From NCBI GenBank assembly GCA_016432485.1, contig CP066691.1, forward strand, positions 676,944 through 740,943: 64,000 bases of DNA. The letters run 5' to 3'. Below, piece by piece: positions 43,803 through 53,690 of this stretch. Within the stretch, counting starts at the first letter, position 1. Every line of letters begins with the position of its first letter. The DNA is from Candidatus Niyogibacteria bacterium. Lineage in GTDB: Bacteria > Patescibacteriota > Minisyncoccia > HO2-45-28. The translations under genes and the position numbers were made by a program. The notes under the pieces are model-generated. The model worked only from the letters and a program-made list of their open reading frames with translations. It was not told the DNA's origin and did no database searches.

Positions 43803-44834
43803 ATGTCTGAAATTTCATCCGAAGCCTCAAATAAAACCCAAAGCATTTTTTGGATTGAAACCGATAAAATAAGTCCGAATCCGCTTCAGCCGCGGCGCGA
43901 ATTTGATGAGGCAAAGCTCAACGATCTTGCCGAATCAATCAAACAATACGGCATTTTGCAGCCGTTGGTGGTGGTGCGTCAAGAGCGTGAGACCGGCGCG
44001 GGCATCGCGGTTGACTACGAGCTGATTGCCGGTGAACGTCGTTTGAGAGCGGCAAAGATAGCCGGATTGGCTCATGTTCCGGCAATGATACGAAGTGAGC
44101 CGGCCGACAAAGTGAAACTGGAGATTGCTTTGATTGAAAATGTCCAGCGTGAAGATTTGAATCCGATGGAACGGGCCGTCGCTTTCAAACAACTGATGGA
44201 TAATTTCAATATGCGTCAGCGCGACGTCGGTTTGAAAATCGGGAAAAGCCGCGAATTCGTGGCCAATACTTTAAGAATGCTGTCTCTTCCGGAATATGTG
44301 CAAAAAGCGCTTGCTGACGGGCGAATAAGCGAGGGACATGCCAGGCCTCTTATGATGCTGTCCGAGCGGCCCGAAGAACAGGAAGCTTTGTTTAATGATA
44401 TTTACTTCAAACGGCTTTCGGTCCGCGATGCCGAAAAAGCGTCGCGCCGAATCGCGGTTGAGCGTACGCGCAAGCGCGACGACATACCGGATGCCGAAAC
44501 CCGTTCGCTTGAAGAAAAGCTGCGCGAAGCTCTGGGCACCAGAGTATATATAGAAAGGAAAGGCATCGGCGGAAAGATTTCCATTGAATTTTTTTCGGAA
44601 GACGAACTACGCACTCTGATAAATCAAGTTGCTTTGCATAGAACTCAAGAGGGCGCTGATTATGGAAGTGTTCGGCCTGAAGAAAAACTTGCTGAAAAAA
44701 TACCGCTAAATGAGCCGGTTTCGGGTCAACCTTTTGAAGACGAATCTTTGGATTCTTTGCCTTCGCCGGAGTCCGAAATAAACATAATGACCGCTCAAGC
44801 CCGCCCCGAAGACCTGAAGGATTTTACGGTTTGA
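43803..44834 (+). CDS. parB: ParB/Spo0J chromosome partitioning protein
   Basis: ParB box IAGERRLRAAKIAGL, HTH region, C-terminal dimerisation tail. Confidence 0.85.
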   Translation: MSEISSEASNKTQSIFWIETDKISPNPLQPRREFDEAKLNDLAESIKQYGILQPLVVVRQERETGAGIAVDYELIAGERRLRAAKIAGLAHVPAMIRSEPADKVKLEIALIENVQREDLNPMERAVAFKQLMDNFNMRQRDVGLKIGKSREFVANTLRMLSLPEYVQKALADGRISEGHARPLMMLSERPEEQEALFNDIYFKRLSVRDAEKASRRIAVERTRKRDDIPDAETRSLEEKLREALGTRVYIERKGIGGKISIEFFSEDELRTLINQVALHRTQEGADYGSVRPEEKLAEKIPLNEPVSGQPFEDESLDSLPSPESEINIMTAQARPEDLKDFTV

Positions 44835-46614
44835 TTTTCTCCGCTACCGATTGCACTCCGCTGATTTTTTTGATGCGGGTTTTTATGCGTTCAAGCTGTT
44901 CGGCTTTTTTGCTTCGGAATTTTATGGTGATGGTCGGATAATCATTGCCGTGCGCCGCGCTGGAGACGGATTCTATATTAATTCTGAAAGTGGCGAGCAC
45001 CGCGGTTATATCTTTCAGGACGCCGACTCTATTTTTTACGACTATATTTAATTCAGCGGAGTCTTCGCCAATTTTTTTAGACGGATGAATTATGCCAAGC
45101 ACTTTTTTTATGCGGTTTTTGGCTAAAGAAGTTTTTACAAAGGTCAGCCATTCGGCGCTGGGTTTTTTATTTTTTTGAGTTATGATTTCCACCACGCTTC
45201 CGGAGGATAGAGTTGACGATAACGGAGACATTTTGGAATTGATTTTCGCGCCGGCCGCGTGATTGCCGATTTCCGAATGGACATGGTAGGCGAAGTCCAC
45301 GGGTGTGGCTCCCTCGGGCAGGTCCACGACATCGCCCTTGGGAGTTAAAACGAAGATGCGGTCTTTGAAAAAATCAATTTTTAAGGATTCCAAAAATTCT
45401 TCGGAATTTTGTTCTTTTTCAAATTCTTTTTGCCATGATTGCAGTTGTTTAACCCAGGCGAACTTTTGTTCTTTGAATTCGGCTCCGCCTCTAGGTTTGC
45501 CGGCTTCATCCCAGAACCAGTGGGCGGCGATTCCGTATTCCGCTTCGCGATGCATTTCCTCGGTGCGTATCTGAAACTCGGTTGGCTGTCCGTCAAGGCA
45601 AAATACCGTGGTATGGATGCTTTTGTAGCCGTTGAGTTTCGGCAGTGCTATATAATCTTTTATTCTTCCGGGCATGGGCTTCCATAATTTATGGATGACA
45701 CCGAGCGCTGAATAGCAATCTTCCACGTTTTTTACGATTATTCTCAGCGCTACCAGGTCTAAAACCTTGCCCCAGTTCATTTCATAGCGCAAAAGTTTTT
45801 TCCATGTGCTGTAATAATGTTTAGCCCGAGCCGATACTTCAAGCGGTTTTATATGTTCGGCCGCCAGCTCTTTTTTGACCACCGGCATTATTTTTTTCAG
45901 GTATTTTTCTCTTTCGGGAATTTTGGCGCCAACTTCTTTTTTGACCCATTCGTATTCTTGAGGATAGACATAGCGGAAGGCCAGGTCTTCAAGTTCATTT
46001 TTCATCTCGCCCATTCCCAGCCGATCAGCCAGTGAAGCGTAAATTTCAAGGGTCTCGGTCGCGATTCTGCGCTGTTTGTCGGCAGACGGCAGGACGTAAA
46101 GAGTTTTCATATTATTAAGGCGGTCAACCAGTTTTAATACGACTACCCTGATATCTTCGGCAACGGCCAGAAACATCCGTCGCATGGATTCGGCGGCGCG
46201 CTCTACGCCGTGGTATTTTAATTTATCCACTTTGGTGACGCCCCGGACTAAAAAAGCGATTTCGTCCCCGAATTTCTTTTTTATGTCGCGCATTGTGGCT
46301 ACGTTGTCTTCAACCGTGTCGTGGAGAAGTGCTGCTGAAACGGTTTTCACGTCCAGCTTTAAAGAAGCCGCGTCCAGCGCGACGTCCGTTACGTGATTTA
46401 TGTACGCTTCTCCGGTAAGGCGTGTCTGTAAGCGATGGGCCTCGGAGGCGTATTCAAAAGCTTTTTTAATCAGCGCCAAGTCGTCTTTTGAGAACCGCCC
46501 CCTATTTTTGGCCAGAAGTTTTTGTTCAAAGTCCGACCAAGACAGGCCTAAATTTTTTGAAGCATTTACCATATACATATTATATGGCAGAATTAACTTT
46601 ATAGGCCAATTCAA
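44824..46614 (-). CDS. bifunctional (p)ppGpp synthetase/hydrolase RelA/SpoT family
   Basis: HD hydrolase HDTVED, synthetase GRIKDYIALPKLNGYKSIHT, TGS and ACT-like C-terminus; start likely at MVNASKN. Confidence 0.85.
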   Translation of the reverse strand: MNWPIKLILPYNMYMVNASKNLGLSWSDFEQKLLAKNRGRFSKDDLALIKKAFEYASEAHRLQTRLTGEAYINHVTDVALDAASLKLDVKTVSAALLHDTVEDNVATMRDIKKKFGDEIAFLVRGVTKVDKLKYHGVERAAESMRRMFLAVAEDIRVVVLKLVDRLNNMKTLYVLPSADKQRRIATETLEIYASLADRLGMGEMKNELEDLAFRYVYPQEYEWVKKEVGAKIPEREKYLKKIMPVVKKELAAEHIKPLEVSARAKHYYSTWKKLLRYEMNWGKVLDLVALRIIVKNVEDCYSALGVIHKLWKPMPGRIKDYIALPKLNGYKSIHTTVFCLDGQPTEFQIRTEEMHREAEYGIAAHWFWDEAGKPRGGAEFKEQKFAWVKQLQSWQKEFEKEQNSEEFLESLKIDFFKDRIFVLTPKGDVVDLPEGATPVDFAYHVHSEIGNHAAGAKINSKMSPLSSTLSSGSVVEIITQKNKKPSAEWLTFVKTSLAKNRIKKVLGIIHPSKKIGEDSAELNIVVKNRVGVLKDITAVLATFRINIESVSSAAHGNDYPTITIKFRSKKAEQLERIKTRIKKISGVQSVAEKIKP

Positions 46615-46644
46615 TTATTAATTATTAATCATTAATAAATTAGT

Positions 46645-47085
46645 ATGAATGATTCTGAAAATCCTCAAGGGGTCACAGGCGGCGCTCCGGATAGTCCCGC
46701 CCAAAACCAATACTCGGTTTTAATAGTTGAAGACGATAAATTTCTGCGGGACCTTTTGGTTCTCAAATTAAAAAAAGAAGGTTTTAAAATCAGCGAGGCT
46801 CTTGACGGTCAGGAGGGGCTGAATAAGGCCAGAAGCGTAAAGCCGAACATAATCGTTCTGGATTTGATAATACCGGTTAAGGACGGCTTTGCTTTTTTGG
46901 AGGAGATGAAGAAAGATCCGCAGATAGAATCAATACCGGTGATTGTGCTTTCCAATTTGGGACAGCGCGAGGATATAGAGCGCGCCAAGGCTCTGGGCGC
47001 TAAAGATTACATGGTTAAGGCTCAGCTTACGCCGATAGAAGTGGTGGAAAGGATTAAAGCCATTTTAAGGGAGTCATACATTTAG
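46645..47085 (+). CDS. stand-alone response-regulator receiver domain (CheY-like)
   Basis: VLIVEDD...IVLDLIIP...K motif set of REC domain; no output domain. Confidence 0.75.
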   Translation: MNDSENPQGVTGGAPDSPAQNQYSVLIVEDDKFLRDLLVLKLKKEGFKISEALDGQEGLNKARSVKPNIIVLDLIIPVKDGFAFLEEMKKDPQIESIPVIVLSNLGQREDIERAKALGAKDYMVKAQLTPIEVVERIKAILRESYI

Positions 47086-47101
47086 TTTTTGGTTCCGGAA
47101 T

Positions 47102-48178
47102 TTGTATATGAATAAAGAGGCTCAATTTGCCCATGCTTTTAATACTATTCAGGGTATGGGCGCTCTTAAATTAAGAAGACTTTGGACGTTTTTCAATTCA
47201 TTTGAAGACGCGTGGTCAGCCGGACATCATGAAATTGAGAAAAAAACTGGTGATGCGGATTTGGCTTTACTTCTTGACGCAAGGCGGAACGTAAATCCGC
47301 GCCAAGAGTGGCGCATTCTTGAAGACGCGGGCATTAAAAGCGTTTTTCAAAGCGATGAAAATTATCCCAACCTTTTGCCTGAAATTCCTCATCCGCCGGC
47401 CATTTTATATTATTTAGGCGATCTGAATTACGCGGTTCAGCCGACAGTGGCCATTGTCGGAACAAGGCGCGCTACGCGCTATGGACTTGAAACCGCGGAG
47501 AACTTAGCCGCGGATCTGGCCGCTTCCGGAATTTTAGTGGTCAGCGGTTTGGCTTTGGGCGTTGACAGCCGCGCTCACCGCGGAGCTTTGAAGGGGGGAG
47601 GTAAAACCGTTGCCGTTTTGGGCTCCGGCCTTAACTATATTTATCCTTTGCAGAATAAAGAACTCGCCGCTAATATAATCGCCCAAGACGGAGCCGTTAT
47701 TTCCGAGTTTCCTCCGGCTAAGGCTCCGGAAAAATGGACTTTTCCGCAGAGAAACAGAATTATAGCGGGATTATCCCGATTGGTGGTGGTTGTGGAGGCT
47801 CCCCGGAAAAGCGGCGCTTTAATTACGGCAAATTTAGCGCTTGATTATAATAGGGAAGTGGGCGCTGTTCCCGGGGAAGTGGGCTCAATAAATTCATTCG
47901 GAACAAACGCGCTTTTGAAAAACGGCGCGGCAGTCATTCGTTCAGCCGACGATGTTCTGGAACTTCTGGGAATGGAGACGGTCCCAGTGAACACTCTTGA
48001 CAAAACGGACGACATCGACCAATACTTATTGGGTTTGATGGAAGAACCGCTGGACGCCGGCTCCATTTTGCAAAAAAGCAATTTGAGTCCGGCGGAACTT
48101 AATCAGAAACTTACTCTTCTGGAATTATGCGGGAAAATTAAAAATGTCGGAGGAATGTTTTATAAAATTTCTAATTAA
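47102..48178 (+). CDS. dprA: DNA processing protein DprA (Smf)
   Basis: VAIVGTRRATRYG...VVSGLALGVDSRAHRGAL Rossmann-like DprA core. Confidence 0.85.
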   Translation: MYMNKEAQFAHAFNTIQGMGALKLRRLWTFFNSFEDAWSAGHHEIEKKTGDADLALLLDARRNVNPRQEWRILEDAGIKSVFQSDENYPNLLPEIPHPPAILYYLGDLNYAVQPTVAIVGTRRATRYGLETAENLAADLAASGILVVSGLALGVDSRAHRGALKGGGKTVAVLGSGLNYIYPLQNKELAANIIAQDGAVISEFPPAKAPEKWTFPQRNRIIAGLSRLVVVVEAPRKSGALITANLALDYNREVGAVPGEVGSINSFGTNALLKNGAAVIRSADDVLELLGMETVPVNTLDKTDDIDQYLLGLMEEPLDAGSILQKSNLSPAELNQKLTLLELCGKIKNVGGMFYKISN

Positions 48179-48200
48179 CCTAAATTTCTAATTAACATAA

Positions 48201-50291
48201 ATGAAGTTGATAATAGTAGAGTCGCCAACTAAAGCCAAAACTATCGGCAAATTTCTGCCGAAGGATTTTGAGATTGCTTCGTCTTTCGGCCATATTCGCG
48301 ATCTGCCGGCGTATGAATTGGGGGTTGACGCCGAAAAAGGTTTTGAACCTCATTATGTAGTTCCGAAAAAAGCAAGGCCCGCCGTAAAAAATTTAAAACA
48401 AATGGCGATTAAATCTTCGGATGTGATTCTGGCGACAGACGAAGACCGCGAGGGAGAAGCAATTGCCTGGCACATCACGCAAGCCCTGGGCTTGCGGGAA
48501 CTAAAAGCTAAAGGCTCAAAGCTAAAGGCCGTGGAACGAATTGTTTTTCATGAAATTACCAAGCGCGCCATCGAGGATGCTTTGAAAAATCCGCGCGAAA
48601 TTAATATGAATCTGGTTGATGCCCAGCAGGCGCGGCGCATTCTTGACCGACTCGTGGGATACAAACTTTCGCCGTTTTTGTGGCGCAAGGTTATGCGCGG
48701 ACTTTCTGCCGGGCGCGTGCAGTCGGTGGCCTTGCGTCTGATAGTTGAGCGCGAAACGCAAATCAAAGCCTTTACACCAGTAACTTTTTGGACGATTGAG
48801 ACGGAGGTGCAAAAAAAAGGATGCGCGGACCAAAAAGGCGAGTGCCTTCCGTTTAAAGCCCAGCTTGAAAGCGTGAATAAAAAATCGCCGTCCGAACCCG
48901 GCTTCACCGATAAAGAAGAAGTTGATTTGCTGGTTGACGATTTAAAAAAAGCCGAATTCAAATCGGTTTCGGTTGATAAGAAATCAAGAAAAAGAAATCC
49001 TTTGCCGCCCTTCACCACTTCAACTTTGCAGCAAGACGCTTACCGGCGGCTCGGATATTCCGCCAAGCGCACAATGATGTCGGCACAGCGTCTTTACGAA
49101 ACCGGCTTCATAACTTATATGCGCACCGACTCCGTTAATCTGGCACAAGAAGCTCTGAATAAAGCCGAAGAGTTCATAAAAAAAGAGTTCGGAGAAAATT
49201 TCAGCTCCAGACGCGTTTTTAAAACCAAATCGCGCCTGGCCCAGGAAGCTCATGAAGCAGTGCGGCCCACAAATCCGGAATTAGACCCGCAAAAAGCGGC
49301 GGGCGAAATAACAGACAGGTCGCAATTCAAACTTTATGACCTTATCTGGCGGCGTTTTACGGCTTCGCAAATGGCTGAAGCGGTTTTTGACGAAACGGTC
49401 ATTAAAATCGAAGCGCGGAATAAAAATGTTTATGAATTGAAAGCCGCGGGCTCCGTGATTTCTTTTGAGGGCTTTTTAAAGGTTTATCCGTCAAAAGCCG
49501 AAGATGTTATTTTGCCGAATTTGGAAGGTTCGGCGGATTTGAATTTGCTTGGTTTGGAATCGGTTGAGCGTCAGACCCGCGGGCCCGCGCGTTATTCCGA
49601 CGCCACTCTGGTTAAAGAACTTGAGAAATTGGGGATAGGCCGGCCGTCCACTTACGCGCCCATTATTTCAACCATTGAAGAACGCGGCTATGTCGTTCGC
49701 GATGAGAAAAAAAGTTTTCAGCCGACCGAAATCGGGGAAAAAGTAAATGAAATCTTGGTTAAAAACTTTTCAGAAATTGTTGACGTGGATTTTACGCGAA
49801 AGATGGAGGGCGAATTGGACGAAATCGCCGAAGGCAAAAAAGAAACTAAAGAAGTTTTAACCGCTTTCTACGAGCCCTTCATTAAAAATTTAAACGAAAA
49901 ATATCAAAGCGTGGTTAAAGAGGATTTGTCCCTGCCGACCGATCGCAAGTGTCCTGAATGTTCTAAGCCGCTTGTAATCCGGCAGGGGCGGTTCGGTAAA
50001 TTTATCGCCTGCTCCGGTTTTCCGGAATGTAAATACACCGAGGCATTGCCGCCGCCGACTATAGATATGAAATGCCCCATATGCAAAGAAGGCGAAGTTG
50101 TAGTGCGCCAGACCAGACGTAAGCGGACTTTTTACGGATGTTCCAAATGGCCCGAATGCAGTTTTGCCAGTTGGCGCAAGCCGACCGGAAAATTGTGTAT
50201 AGAATGCGGCTCGCCCTTGGTTGAATCTGTGCGCGGAGAAAAGTGCCCCAATAAAAACTGTTCATTCCGGGCCAAAAAAGAAAAAGTTTAG
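48201..50291 (+). CDS. topA: DNA topoisomerase I with C-terminal zinc ribbons
   Basis: TOPRIM start MKLIIVESPTKAKTIGKFL, catalytic Tyr region, three C4 ribbons (CPECSKP..CSGFPEC, CPICKEG..CSKWPEC, CIECGSP..CPNKNC). Confidence 0.9.
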   Translation: MKLIIVESPTKAKTIGKFLPKDFEIASSFGHIRDLPAYELGVDAEKGFEPHYVVPKKARPAVKNLKQMAIKSSDVILATDEDREGEAIAWHITQALGLRELKAKGSKLKAVERIVFHEITKRAIEDALKNPREINMNLVDAQQARRILDRLVGYKLSPFLWRKVMRGLSAGRVQSVALRLIVERETQIKAFTPVTFWTIETEVQKKGCADQKGECLPFKAQLESVNKKSPSEPGFTDKEEVDLLVDDLKKAEFKSVSVDKKSRKRNPLPPFTTSTLQQDAYRRLGYSAKRTMMSAQRLYETGFITYMRTDSVNLAQEALNKAEEFIKKEFGENFSSRRVFKTKSRLAQEAHEAVRPTNPELDPQKAAGEITDRSQFKLYDLIWRRFTASQMAEAVFDETVIKIEARNKNVYELKAAGSVISFEGFLKVYPSKAEDVILPNLEGSADLNLLGLESVERQTRGPARYSDATLVKELEKLGIGRPSTYAPIISTIEERGYVVRDEKKSFQPTEIGEKVNEILVKNFSEIVDVDFTRKMEGELDEIAEGKKETKEVLTAFYEPFIKNLNEKYQSVVKEDLSLPTDRKCPECSKPLVIRQGRFGKFIACSGFPECKYTEALPPPTIDMKCPICKEGEVVVRQTRRKRTFYGCSKWPECSFASWRKPTGKLCIECGSPLVESVRGEKCPNKNCSFRAKKEKV

Positions 50292-50341
50292 CTGTTTTAA
50301 GTAAAAACCGCCAAAAGTGTGCGCACATTACCTGTGGGCCT

Positions 50342-50369
50342 TTACATAATTTTTAGATATGTTATCATA
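50342..50369 (+). promoter_or_regulatory. candidate promoter (TTTACA-16-TATCAT) followed by 11-bp-stem leader hairpin 50388-50432
   Basis: CCGCCCCGAAA...TTTCGGGGCGG stem in 5' UTR of gene 50476. Confidence 0.35.
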
Positions 50370-50475
50370 GAGCCGGAAGCTAGGTTGAGAATTCCGCCCC
50401 GAAAGGTCTAAAAAAGTTTTCGGGGCGGAGTTCTTTAAATATCATTTTTTTCAACGGAGAGGAAAGGAGGAGCAT

Positions 50476-51240
50476 ATGTGGCCGGAAGGCAATGGTTGGA
50501 GAACCGTAGATGAAATGGCAGAGGAATTTGAAAGAAAACTGAACGAGGCTCTTAACGATTTTAAAGAATATCGACCCGCCAAAGAAACAAAACCTACCGA
50601 TATTGAGTTAGTGCTTGATATACAGCGACGGAATGTCCCAAAGGGCCACAGTTTGGTTCGCGAAATTTCTGGTATGTCCAAAAAGGCGCTCAAAGCTCTT
50701 CTTCGGGGAGATGAGGAAACTCTTGATCTTTTGAAGAGAAAGTTGGTTGAAGCTGTAACGAACCTTCATCTTCTTGACCTTCCTGATGGCCAGCAGGCCC
50801 GTGTTTTTGACGGCACGAAAGAGTATGGAGAATTTGTCTTCGCCTCCATCATCTGCCCCGTTATTTTGTACGGCAAACCCTTGCCAGAAAAACTGCCGGT
50901 CGCTTTTGAACTCTTAGCCGACCCGAAAACATACGCACATTGTATCATTGAAAGTTTCGGAGAGGCTTCACGGAAAATGGGCGAGTTTCTGATGAGGACT
51001 GATATTTCTGATCTTGATATTCGTGTTGCCGCTCGCCAGCGTTTCATCGCTCTGGCCACAGTGACTTGCAATGTTTACAAAGAGCGCTTGCTGGAATTTG
51101 ACCCCCAGCTTAAGGCCGGACGTTTTTGGAGGTCGTCTCTTCGCGGAATGGTTGATAACCTGGGCGCGATAATCAGGCGTCATGTAGATACTTTAAACCA
51201 CATTTTTGACACGCTGTCTGCGCGGAGGGCGGGCCTATGA
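50476..51240 (+). CDS. hypothetical protein (254 aa), first gene of unknown cluster
   Basis: RBS AGGAGG; no recognised motifs. Confidence 0.5.
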   Translation: MWPEGNGWRTVDEMAEEFERKLNEALNDFKEYRPAKETKPTDIELVLDIQRRNVPKGHSLVREISGMSKKALKALLRGDEETLDLLKRKLVEAVTNLHLLDLPDGQQARVFDGTKEYGEFVFASIICPVILYGKPLPEKLPVAFELLADPKTYAHCIIESFGEASRKMGEFLMRTDISDLDIRVAARQRFIALATVTCNVYKERLLEFDPQLKAGRFWRSSLRGMVDNLGAIIRRHVDTLNHIFDTLSARRAGL

Positions 51241-51905
51241 GCGACGCAAGGAGGCTGGCCGTAAGCGGTTCATTCGGAATATCCGCTTTTTACGAAAGAA
51301 ATCTGGCTTGGCTCAAGTTTCCGGCAGGAGTTCACGGATCAGCTCTGAAAATCGCCTTTGAAACGACATTTCTTGCGGAGAGCAATCCGGAAAGCCGTCG
51401 TTTGCTGATACCTCCGGCCGGCTATCCCAGGGAAATGGACAGGTATTATAGGGGACAAGATGGAAAAAAGATGGCGCGATTTTACAACCCTGCTTTTCAG
51501 GGAAGTGATGTCTGCAACATTGTTTTTTCGTCCCGCTTCTCGCCTGACGGCGACTTTCCAAGAAAGCGTCTGGTTTTCAGGCGAAAAGAAGCGGCGCGCT
51601 TTGGCAAAACTCATGTTTTGCCGATGACAATGGCCCGTTTAGGCGAAGAAAAGCCGTTTGGTTTTTCTTTGTGGGAAGAGGGCGACCCCGGCGACAGAAA
51701 CTATGTCAATTTGGCATTCCCCGGCCTTTCCGGAAAGTTTGAGCCGGCATTTGTCAGGATTGACGAAGCGCTTGAAACCATCTTTTACAAGATTGAGGCG
51801 GAAGAAAGGGGCGTTCAGCTGCACATTTTCGTAAAGAGGGTGGAGGCGGATGACGTTCCGCTCCAACTTGGCGACATGATTCCGATTGAAGAAATGACTC
51901 GTTAA
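51237..51905 (+). CDS. hypothetical protein (222 aa), translationally coupled (ATGA overlap) to upstream gene
   Basis: Start overlaps previous stop; no recognised motifs. Confidence 0.5.
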   Translation: MSDARRLAVSGSFGISAFYERNLAWLKFPAGVHGSALKIAFETTFLAESNPESRRLLIPPAGYPREMDRYYRGQDGKKMARFYNPAFQGSDVCNIVFSSRFSPDGDFPRKRLVFRRKEAARFGKTHVLPMTMARLGEEKPFGFSLWEEGDPGDRNYVNLAFPGLSGKFEPAFVRIDEALETIFYKIEAEERGVQLHIFVKRVEADDVPLQLGDMIPIEEMTR

Positions 51906-51923
51906 TATAAGGAAGAATTTTTA

Positions 51924-51960
51924 GGCCTTGTCATGACCACTTGACAAGGCCGTTTTTTTT
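51924..51960 (+). terminator. rho-independent terminator overlapping next promoter
   Basis: GGCCTTGTCA-TGACCAC-TTGACAAGGCC + TTTTTTTT. Confidence 0.7.
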
Positions 51961-51968
51961 GATATAAT
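51941..51968 (+). promoter_or_regulatory. consensus sigma70 promoter (TTGACA-16-TATAAT) embedded in terminator, ~165-nt leader
   Basis: TTGACA is the 3' arm of the terminator stem; TATAAT at 51963-51968. Confidence 0.6.
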
Positions 51969-52139
51969 AGAGAGAGTAAAATGCCACTGTTCAATGTGAA
52001 TGGGTTGGCACAAGGTCTTTGTCAACTTTTCAGATAAGGAGAAAAGACACATAGGACACCTGTTTTTGGCGTTTTTTTCGTAACACAGGCGAAAGGGGCA
52101 TTGAGCCCAAAGCAACATATCTCCAAGGAGGAGAGGAAC

Positions 52140-53588
52140 GTGGCAAAGCCCAAGAGTGAGCACAGAACAGCGGAAGAGGGAAGCCTCGGCACCCTCGGCG
52201 ATTTGGCGGTGGGTGGCCTCGTCGTCAGAGGCAAGGCCGCCAAGAAACCGTCGGATGACGACGGCTTCGGCATCCCCGATCTCACCGGCATCAAGCCGGC
52301 GGAGGAGTTGGAGGACGAGCGCTTGCGCGCCGAAAGGAGGGAGGAGAAGACAGCCTCCTTCCTCGAGGCCGTGCCGTCGGCAGTCAAGATGCTTCTCGAG
52401 CGGATTCGCTCCAAGGCGGGAGCCGAGGAGGCCCGGCAGATTCTGCAGGAGAGGATCCTGGACGTTCAGGACCCCGAACTGCGGGGTCGCGCTCGCTGGC
52501 TCTACGCCCGTGAGTTCGTGGCCCGCGCCGTGGAAAACGGCGGGTCGCCCAACATGTTCGAGGTTCTCAATCACCTCGGCATGAAGGATGATGGCCTCAA
52601 ACTCGTCGGGGAGCCCGAGGGGAACAAGGTCGTCACCATCCGGGTGCAGGTCGGGAAGAAGTTCTTTGTCCCGGCCCACATTCCGACCGGCATGGAGCCG
52701 GTGGTGAAGGAAGCGTTCCAGCTTCTTCACCAGCTTTCCGGCGTCACCAAGGAAAAGCAGTACGATGAGCGAAAGGCTGCTCTCGAGGCGTTCACCAAGG
52801 ACGTCTCGCGCGAGTGGGACGACCTCCTCTCCGGCCAGCCCGGGACCTACGTCTTCTACGTGCCCGACGAAAAGGGCACAAGGAAGACGGACACCGGCGA
52901 ACGCGTGCCATGGACTTACTTCGGAGGCCACCTCAAGGTGGTTTCTGACGGTGGAACCTTCGTGGCCGTGGGGGCTCTCGGCGCCTTTGAGAGGTCGAGA
53001 ATCCTGGCCGAAGCCATCGCCTGGCAGGTGGCCGTTATCGTTCCCTCCGTTCAGAAGGGGTTCGAGAGGGATGCGGAGGGCAGAGGGCCAAGGATCTCGC
53101 CCGAGCGCCTGCCCAAAGATCAGTTCAAAGCGGCCATCCATCTTCACAGCCTGATGAACCGCGCCTTCGTCCTTCACGAGGCCAACATGGCCAAGAAGGC
53201 CGAGGCCGACAAGGCCAAGGCCGAGGCGACGGTGGAGCACGAAGCCTTCCTGCTGGATGGCGCCGACGGCGTGGCTTTCGTCAAGCACCTCCGCTTCAAC
53301 GATGTGCCCCATCCGTGGGCGCTCGTGGAGCGCAAGGCCGGCGAGATCCGGGTCGTGGAAGCCCACCCTGCGGAAGATTTCTTCCCGCCTGAGAGCTTCG
53401 GGTTCATGCCGGAGGGCGAGGATTTCGCGGGTCTGGATAAGACCCTGCGCAACTTCTTGCGCTACGCCAGAACCAAGGCCGAGCGGGCCAAGGAGAAGGG
53501 CAAGGGCTTCGACTCCGGAAACGCCACGGAGGAGGAGATGAAGGCGTACGCCGAAGATTTGGGAGTTCCCACCGACGGACGCTCCTGA
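52140..53588 (+). CDS. hypothetical 482-aa protein, strongly GC-rich (~63%) foreign gene, GTG start
   Basis: AGGAGGAGAGGAAC then GTG; codon usage unlike rest of window; Lys/Ala/Glu-rich C-terminal coiled segment; no recognised family. Confidence 0.55.
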   Translation: MAKPKSEHRTAEEGSLGTLGDLAVGGLVVRGKAAKKPSDDDGFGIPDLTGIKPAEELEDERLRAERREEKTASFLEAVPSAVKMLLERIRSKAGAEEARQILQERILDVQDPELRGRARWLYAREFVARAVENGGSPNMFEVLNHLGMKDDGLKLVGEPEGNKVVTIRVQVGKKFFVPAHIPTGMEPVVKEAFQLLHQLSGVTKEKQYDERKAALEAFTKDVSREWDDLLSGQPGTYVFYVPDEKGTRKTDTGERVPWTYFGGHLKVVSDGGTFVAVGALGAFERSRILAEAIAWQVAVIVPSVQKGFERDAEGRGPRISPERLPKDQFKAAIHLHSLMNRAFVLHEANMAKKAEADKAKAEATVEHEAFLLDGADGVAFVKHLRFNDVPHPWALVERKAGEIRVVEAHPAEDFFPPESFGFMPEGEDFAGLDKTLRNFLRYARTKAERAKEKGKGFDSGNATEEEMKAYAEDLGVPTDGRS

Positions 53589-53633
53589 CGAAGCCGGAGG
53601 ACCGGCGACACAGGACTGACGTCAATAACACCT

Positions 53634-53677
53634 GCCCCCGGAAGGAGGATTTTCTCCTCCTTCCGGGGCGTTTTTTT
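53634..53677 (+). terminator. strong rho-independent terminator
   Basis: CCCCCGGAAGGAGG-ATTTTC-TCCTCCTTCCGGGG + CGTTTTTTT. Confidence 0.8.
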
Positions 53678-53690
53678 GAAAGGAACGTAA

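Noticed and set aside
51921-53366. 481-aa ORF on the minus strand
   Set aside because: Antisense open frame typical of high-GC coding DNA. The + strand ORF (52140-53588) has a strong AGGAGG RBS, a promoter and a terminator in the right orientation. The minus frame is Gly/Arg/Leu-rich, low-complexity and looks non-protein.
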